Of a stretch of 13,936 nt of DNA, positions 9,323 to 13,936 are shown in pieces. A program made the translations under genes and the position numbers. A model generated the notes under the pieces. It was given only the letters and a program-made list of their open reading frames with translations. It ran no database searches and was not told the DNA's origin. Source of the stretch: Candidatus Heimdallarchaeota archaeon (lineage in GTDB: Archaea > Asgardarchaeota > Heimdallarchaeia > Hodarchaeales > Hodarchaeaceae); the NCBI GenBank assembly GCA_011364965.1, contig RDOB01000001.1, positions 252,026-265,961 of the forward strand, read 5' to 3'. The number at the start of each line of letters is the position of its first letter. Positions within the stretch are counted from its first letter, which is position 1.

Positions 9323-10309
9323 TTAAGGTTTTATAAAGATAATCACGGAAAAAGAAGGGAAATAAAGAGACTTACTGTCTTTCACTCCATCGAATTTTAT
9401 CTCATATTGCACTATCCAATCAAAGGTTATTGGATGTATTCTCACACTTTCATATTTGTTATCCCAGGTTTCTGCGCCGTCCATGATAACAGCTTCGATG
9501 TTAGGGTAGATAGTGGCGTTGTAGAGGTCTATTGCAGCATAGAGATGACAAATCTCATGAAGGATTGCACATTTCGTGCCAAATAATGGATTCTCCTCAA
9601 AATACACCCACCACTGAATGTATACGTATGTTCCTCTTGATACAGCCAAACAGCTTCCACAATATTCTTGTGCTTGAAAAGCTAACCCTATATCAAATCC
9701 ATGATTTTTCGGGGAGATCCCATAGGAATTGATCGTATAAATCGCATTTCAATCCCAATAATATTCAGAAAGATTTAATGCACAAGCTAACGCGTGTCTA
9801 CCATCATTAAAATAAGCATTAGTATTCCCCAACATCGCTGGATTCCAATCAAAGACAACTAAAGGCATAAATTGTTGATCTAATAGCTCAAATAACCCTT
9901 GAGACCAGTTATAGCCATTAGACATATTAGAGATTTTTAAGTTGTTGACATCAGCGATAAGCCCGTAGATATCCGTCCCATTGTCATCTAATATGGCTGA
10001 GAAATTACTTTCCAACATAATGGTTTGATAAACAATGTGTTTGGTGAGATTTTGCAGGATAGTGAACTCACTGTTAGCTGGTGCGCTAAGAGAATACCCC
10101 CAATCCTCACTAGCAGAGTAAATGTCCGTCACATCGTAGTTGCCAACGTTGAGAGCAAACCACCCATCCCAGGTAGAGCCTGAATAATCACTAGTGCCTT
10201 CAAAAACTTTAGGTATAACAATATCTGGGAGGAGGGGGATTTGTGTAGTAGATAACATCAGATCAGCGTGTACGATAGCCTGAGGAGAAATATCCAAATG
10301 AATGACCAA
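9323..10309 (-). pseudogene. Zinc metalloprotease (metzincin-like) reading frame interrupted by one in-frame TGA
   Basis: ORFs 9749-10309 and 9323-9649 are in the same frame. After the TGA (9749-9751) the frame reads NAIYTINSYGISPKNHGFDIGLAFQAQEYCGSCLAV without stops into the second ORF. It contains HEICHLYAAIDLY (HExxH...D) and a downstream IMD putative Met-turn. The true 5' end is uncertain. Confidence 0.75.
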
Positions 10310-10760
10310 TTATTCCATAATTTATCACAGTTTCATCGATTAACAACTGGACAGAAATGGTGGAAATACAACGGGGTAACCGCGTAAAATTACCCTGTCA
10401 GTAATAATGGGGATAGAGGACTACAGGAAGGTCTTTTGTGTCATTCAATATAATTTGGACAGTAAACGGAGCTTTATCTGTTTCATTAACCCCCTTGAAA
10501 GTTAATGTCACCTGTTCTAGAGTATGAACCTCAGTATCAAGGTTGACAACTATGAGTGCAAAATATGTGACTGTAATATAATCCCAACAATCTGTTCCAT
10601 TAATACAGCCTCCAGAATACCCTGATTCTGATTCAGGTATGCAAATACCAATTACTGACGAATCAGGAGGAGAAAGCACCGAAACGGGGGTAATCCCAAA
10701 CGAAATAAGGAAGTATATACTCAAGACCCAGTATAATTTTAGAAAATGCTTATGATTCAC
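10209..10760 (-). pseudogene. Paralog of the 8666-9277 protein with two in-frame TGA codons and no C-terminal anchor
   Basis: Homology continues past the ORF stop: HYY*QGNFTRLPRCISTISVQLLIDETVINYGII...GYRTR*SDVIYYTNPP versus LRYWSYNFTTIPRCTYKTNLQVLVDETLIDFGVI...GLRTPWTDVSDYHIPP. Ends at TAA 10209-10211. Confidence 0.85.
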
Positions 10761-10916
10761 TTAAGTCTCAATCCCAATTACTTTTTACCGTACAGGCTCG
10801 TTTTATACGGTTTACTAGAACCAAAAAGAGAACGAGAGAGCCTTATTTGTACATATAAGTCAAGGATATTAGCCTTAAGGAGGAGGTTGGTATATAAAAA
10901 CTTCTATGAAAAATCA

Positions 10917-11250
10917 TCAAGCATTTATGCGCGTTTTACGGATACTATACAGAATGACACCCAAAATCAGGGGAACAACTAGGAAACCAGAATTGGGGTG
11001 AGAACTAGTAGAAGAGGAAGATTGGTTACGTAATTCTAGCCATCTAGTAATATTGCTGACATAGAGGTGGCCTGTTCCTACATTGATGAAATAACCTAGG
11101 CGTATTATTTTAGTTTCTGGTGGAAGGTAAAAACATCGACTACCAATAGAATGTATTCTTCTTGCTTGTCCATATATTCACATGGACACGGATTAATTTC
11201 CTATCAACTCGTTCTGTAAATTCCAATGCTTGTTTCCAATCCCTTTAGTA
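10917..11250 (-). pseudogene. 3' remnant of a surface-protein gene with C-terminal sorting signal (not in ORF track)
   Basis: Minus frame ...FYLPPETKIIRLGYFINVGTGHLYVSNITRWLELRNQSSSSTSSHPNSGFLVVPLILGVILYSIRKTRINA*. The upstream part is broken by stops or a frameshift near 11140-11195. The 5' limit is approximate. Confidence 0.6.
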
Positions 11251-11313
11251 TAAATTCAACCGACCAGAGTAAGTGGGGATGTAAGGCGATTATATAAATG
11301 AAATTTATCAGCA

Positions 11314-11730
11314 TTAAGCTGTATACGTGAAATAAGAGAGCTTAAATAGCTTTTCAGAGAAGAAAAAATAGTTAGGAAAATCATCCCAATTCCAGTGATC
11401 CGCAAATGCTTCCAAGGTCTCAAATTCAGTATAAGTTACATCTTTCCAACTTTCGTTTTTAGAATCGTTAGATATGAGTTTGAGAACCATGGTATAAAGA
11501 AAGGGGACTGAATCGAAGTCAGAAGCAGTAAGATTAACAACAGAGTTAGTATTCATTTCAGAATTACTAATTCTAGTAAGTACAAGCATATATTGGATCG
11601 GTCCTCCGACGTCAGGAGCAAACAACATCATGCAAAGAAAAATACTTCCACAAAATGCAGAGAACGTGATAATACAAATTAAACTGGAAAAGATCACCTT
11701 TTTTTTGCCAACCAGATTCAACGTAATCAC
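11314..11730 (-). CDS. Membrane-anchored hypothetical protein
   Basis: 138 aa: KKK plus an N-terminal TM helix, then a small soluble domain (VVNLTASDFDSVPFL). Confidence 0.7.
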   Translation of the reverse strand: MITLNLVGKKKVIFSSLICIITFSAFCGSIFLCMMLFAPDVGGPIQYMLVLTRISNSEMNTNSVVNLTASDFDSVPFLYTMVLKLISNDSKNESWKDVTYTEFETLEAFADHWNWDDFPNYFFFSEKLFKLSYFTYTA

Positions 11731-11854
11731 GTATATCTAATAATTCAAATTCAATAAACCTAATTGGTCAAAGGGATTAATATAGCTATTGACTAGAGAA
11801 AGAGACGAAGGATAAAGAGTGCAAATTTTCAAAACCTAGACTTTGAATCAATCA

Positions 11855-12019
11855 CTAATTAATAATTCTATTTACTCAAGATGGTCCATCAAAGTACTCA
11901 ATATAGGTAGTGACGTCATCATCTGTATCCTCATGTAAATACCAACCACTAAAAACAATTGTTGAACTCATAATATAACCAAGACCGCCAACATGTCCTC
12001 CTCCGTTAATTGCATGGAA
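11855..12019 (-). pseudogene. Possible gene remnant (extracellular beta-rich fragment)
   Basis: Frame FHAINGGGHVGGLGYIMSSTIVFSGWYLHEDTDDDVTTYIEYFDGPS*VNRIIN* looks protein-like but has no clear start. Confidence 0.35.
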
Positions 12020-12049
12020 TTAAAGATTGACTCATGCATTTATCACCAA

Positions 12050-12160
12050 AAACAAGAAAAATCTAGGCCCCAGCCTCAGGATTGAAGCCAGGACCAGCTG
12101 GATAGCCAAGCTCGAAACCTCGAACCTGCTTCTCCCAATAGATGTGAATCTATATCTATT
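12050..12160 (-). ncRNA. Structured 3' trailer of the 16S fragment (copy C): three hairpins and a U-rich end
   Basis: Stem 12154-12165/12132-12143 (12 bp, overlaps the anti-SD), hairpin 12104-12130, 13-bp hairpin 12066-12095, then TTTTTCTTGTTTTT. G-U pairs favour a minus-strand RNA. Confidence 0.65.
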
Positions 12161-12305
12161 AGGAGGTGAGTACTGTCCCAGAGCGGCGTACTCGGGAAAT
12201 CCAGCCGCAGGTTCCCCTACAGCTACCTTGTTACGACTTCAGCCTACTCAACAAGAGTACCATCGAATACGATATTATCCTGTAGCCTCTAGCAGATCCG
12301 TCTCG
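12161..12305 (-). rRNA. rrs: Isolated 3'-terminal fragment of archaeal 16S rRNA (h44 from ~1416, h45, anti-SD) containing an intron
   Basis: Minus strand ...TGAGTAGGCTGAAGTCGTAACAAGGTAGCTGTAGGGGAACCTGCGGCTGGA[30 nt]TCACCTCCT. Upstream CGAG-ACGGATCTGCTA-GAGGC...TTCGA-TGGTACTCTTGT-TGA fits helix 44. The universal CACACCGCCCGTC and everything 5' of it are absent from the adjacent sequence. Confidence 0.93.
12170..12199 (-). other. 30-nt bulge-helix-bulge (BHB)-type rRNA intron
   Basis: Insert TTTCCCGAGTACGCCGCTCTGGGACAGTAC between GGA and TCACCTCCT. Central 4-bp helix GCUG/CAGU, 3-nt bulges GA^U and AC^U, and intron stem UCCCGAG/CUC(U)GGGA. Cutting after the second bulge nucleotide on each strand restores GGCUGGAUCACCUCCU exactly. 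Confidence 0.8.
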
Positions 12306-12348
12306 AGATACCTAGATTGAAATATAACCTGATCTGTCTCTAGTGGGG

Positions 12349-12381
12349 AGGAAAAGAAGGAAAAAAAGCGGATAAACTCCG
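12349..12381 (-). terminator. Putative terminator of the 330-aa gene
   Basis: Minus strand CGGA-GTTTA-TCCG-C-TTTTTTT-CCTTCTTTT. Confidence 0.55.
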
Positions 12382-12438
12382 TAAGGTGCATCTCTGTATG
12401 GAACAAAAGAAAAGAATAAATCAAGTTGGTGGATGAAA

Positions 12439-13431
12439 TCACTCCTCAAGTCTTTTGAGCATTCCAAAAAAAATCAAAACAAGAAGCAAGGAGCAGAGGA
12501 AAATTATCTGAAAAAAACGAGTTCCAGAAGGGAATGAAACCATTGGATTAGAAGAATGGACGGAAGACAGGGAAGAAGTATGGTGATTACTTATTATTTC
12601 ATAAGTATAATTAAGAAGAGATTCAAAAAAGTATTTGGCACATAAAGAAACGTAAATTCGTTGCCCTGTGCCACTATCGTTATCTATTGTCGTCCAAATA
12701 TAATCAATCGAACCATCCCACTGAGTTCTCAGACTTAAAATGGTTCCTCCTTTGTTAAGAAGACCAGTATGAGAAGGAGAATAAATCCAGAACTGCCAAT
12801 CACGTGAAGAATTTACTTGAAGGTAATTTTCAAACAATGTCCAAACAGCGGAATCAAAGGTAACAGTAAAAGAGAAGGAGCGATTATACGGATATAGGGA
12901 GGGAGGAACTCCAGCAATAACTTCATAATCGATTAAAACGGTACAATCATCAAAGTAAATGGCCTCTAAAAAAGTTCGTGATTCTGAATCATTTAGATAC
13001 CACTCATACGTGAGTTCCATACGAGTGAGTTCTTCTAAATCCTGATAATAACGAACCCACATAATGTCATAGGTAAAGAAATTAGATCCATTAATAGATA
13101 GTGAGACAAAACCAGTCTGTTCTTCTGATGGAGGAGAATCAGGGGTTTCTATCCAAAAAAGGAAAGGTTCACTATCAGTGAGGGAGGGAAAAATAAGAAG
13201 GGAGGAGAAAAATCCCCAAGAGGTATTGATCGTAACATTATGAGTGAAATACCTTGAATAAAAACCAATTGGAAATGAGGAATCTTTGATTAGGTCAGTA
13301 GCAAACCAGTAGACCTCTAAATCATCATTTGGGACAGAAATTGTAGGAGAAGGGAGAGTCATGATGCTTCCAGCCCAGATGAGGGTTAAAAGCACAAAAG
13401 AAAGGAAATTTAGTGACTTTCTTGGATACAC
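12439..13431 (-). CDS. Cell-surface hypothetical protein (signal peptide, Ser-rich linker, C-terminal TM plus basic tail)
   Basis: 330 aa with a hydrophobic N-terminus, many NxS/T sequons, and C-terminus SFP...FFQIIFLCSLLLVLIFFGMLKRLEE. Confidence 0.8.
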   Translation of the reverse strand: MYPRKSLNFLSFVLLTLIWAGSIMTLPSPTISVPNDDLEVYWFATDLIKDSSFPIGFYSRYFTHNVTINTSWGFFSSLLIFPSLTDSEPFLFWIETPDSPPSEEQTGFVSLSINGSNFFTYDIMWVRYYQDLEELTRMELTYEWYLNDSESRTFLEAIYFDDCTVLIDYEVIAGVPPSLYPYNRSFSFTVTFDSAVWTLFENYLQVNSSRDWQFWIYSPSHTGLLNKGGTILSLRTQWDGSIDYIWTTIDNDSGTGQRIYVSLCAKYFFESLLNYTYEIISNHHTSSLSSVHSSNPMVSFPSGTRFFQIIFLCSLLLVLIFFGMLKRLEE

Positions 13432-13481
13432 TAATTAGTCTCCAGAAGGTATCAATGCTTTTCAAAATGAACTTTCTGATA

Positions 13482-13936
13482 TTAATTCTTTTTCAAGCGA
13501 TCCTTTAATTGGGGCCTTTTATAGACAAGAACTAGTAATATAGAGGTTATTAAAATAAAGAGGGAAAAAATCACAATAGAATTGGGAATGGAGAGGTTTG
13601 AAGGTAAAGTGGTTGTTTTGTCTACTCTTCGCAATTGCAGGATGATAAAACCAGCTGATCCATGAGCTAAATAAAGGTACGACCCCTGGATAACAATATC
13701 AGAACCAGATCCAAAAACAGAAAGAAATCTGGTCATTTCTATTGGATCAAAAGAATCATCAATGTTTATCATCCTCACTCCATCTTCTGTGGAAACATAA
13801 ATGTAAGAATCATTGATAACCACAGAATAAGCGCAAAAATAATCATGTAGAGTACCATTGTATTGAACTACTTTTGCAGGTCTAATAATATTCCCTACAT
13901 ATATGATTTCCAAACCTTTCTTTCCATATGCAATAA
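13482..13936 (-). CDS. LVIVD-repeat surface protein, 3' part (5' end beyond window)
   Basis: SVVINDSYIYVSTEDGVRMINI and DIVIQGSYLYLAHGSAGFIILQL. The frame stays open to the window edge (IAYGKKGLEII). C-terminal TM plus KR tail. Confidence 0.85.
   Translation of the reverse strand, partial: IAYGKKGLEIIYVGNIIRPAKVVQYNGTLHDYFCAYSVVINDSYIYVSTEDGVRMINIDDSFDPIEMTRFLSVFGSGSDIVIQGSYLYLAHGSAGFIILQLRRVDKTTTLPSNLSIPNSIVIFSLFILITSILLVLVYKRPQLKDRLKKN

Noticed and set aside
10374-10396. GGGTAA...TTACCC inverted repeat as terminator after the 120-aa ORF
   Set aside because: It lies in sequence still homologous at protein level to the paralog and has no U-tract.
2480-10982. Shadow ORFs 2480-2665, 4872-5072, 6708-6908, 7099-7356, 7840-8034, 8972-9175, 9532-9732 and 10746-10982
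   Set aside because: They lie antisense to better-supported genes or remnants, or run across repeat copy A.
5000-12104. Repeats as a CRISPR array or SECIS elements
   Set aside because: Spacing is kilobases and irregular with no cas genes. The hairpins lack evident SECIS motifs, and the alignable TGAs match Trp, not Cys.
12027-12320. 97-aa + strand ORF
   Set aside because: It is the antisense of the 16S fragment and trailer (NPAAGSPTATLLRL is a typical rRNA shadow translation).

Overview
AT-rich archaeal window. The archaeal-type 16S 3' end and several C-terminal [Pro/Gly-Phe motif + TM helix + basic tail] sorting signals suggest an Asgard/Heimdallarchaeia-like host; this is an inference. 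It is an accessory, cell-surface-rich region containing: a DinB-family gene; a ~1000-aa surface protein (7 FG-GAP repeats, an Ig-like domain and a LanC-like alpha/alpha toroid); a MenA1/MenT1-like nucleotidyltransferase toxin-antitoxin pair; two winged-HTH genes; paralogous secreted proteins; a metzincin protease frame broken by TGA; an LVIVD protein; and several gene remnants. The most unusual signal is non-coding. An isolated ~145-nt 3' fragment of a 16S rRNA gene (helix 44 from ~E. coli 1416, helix 45, anti-SD; minus strand, 12161-12305) carries a 30-nt bulge-helix-bulge intron just before the anti-Shine-Dalgarno sequence. Its structured 3' trailer recurs as degenerate, same-orientation, intergenic copies at ~6.3 kb (with compensatory base changes), ~5.0 kb and possibly ~8.6 kb, dividing the region into cassette-like blocks. 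This may record repeated integration at the 16S 3' end, or a split rRNA gene. Several in-frame TGA codons also fall at Trp positions.
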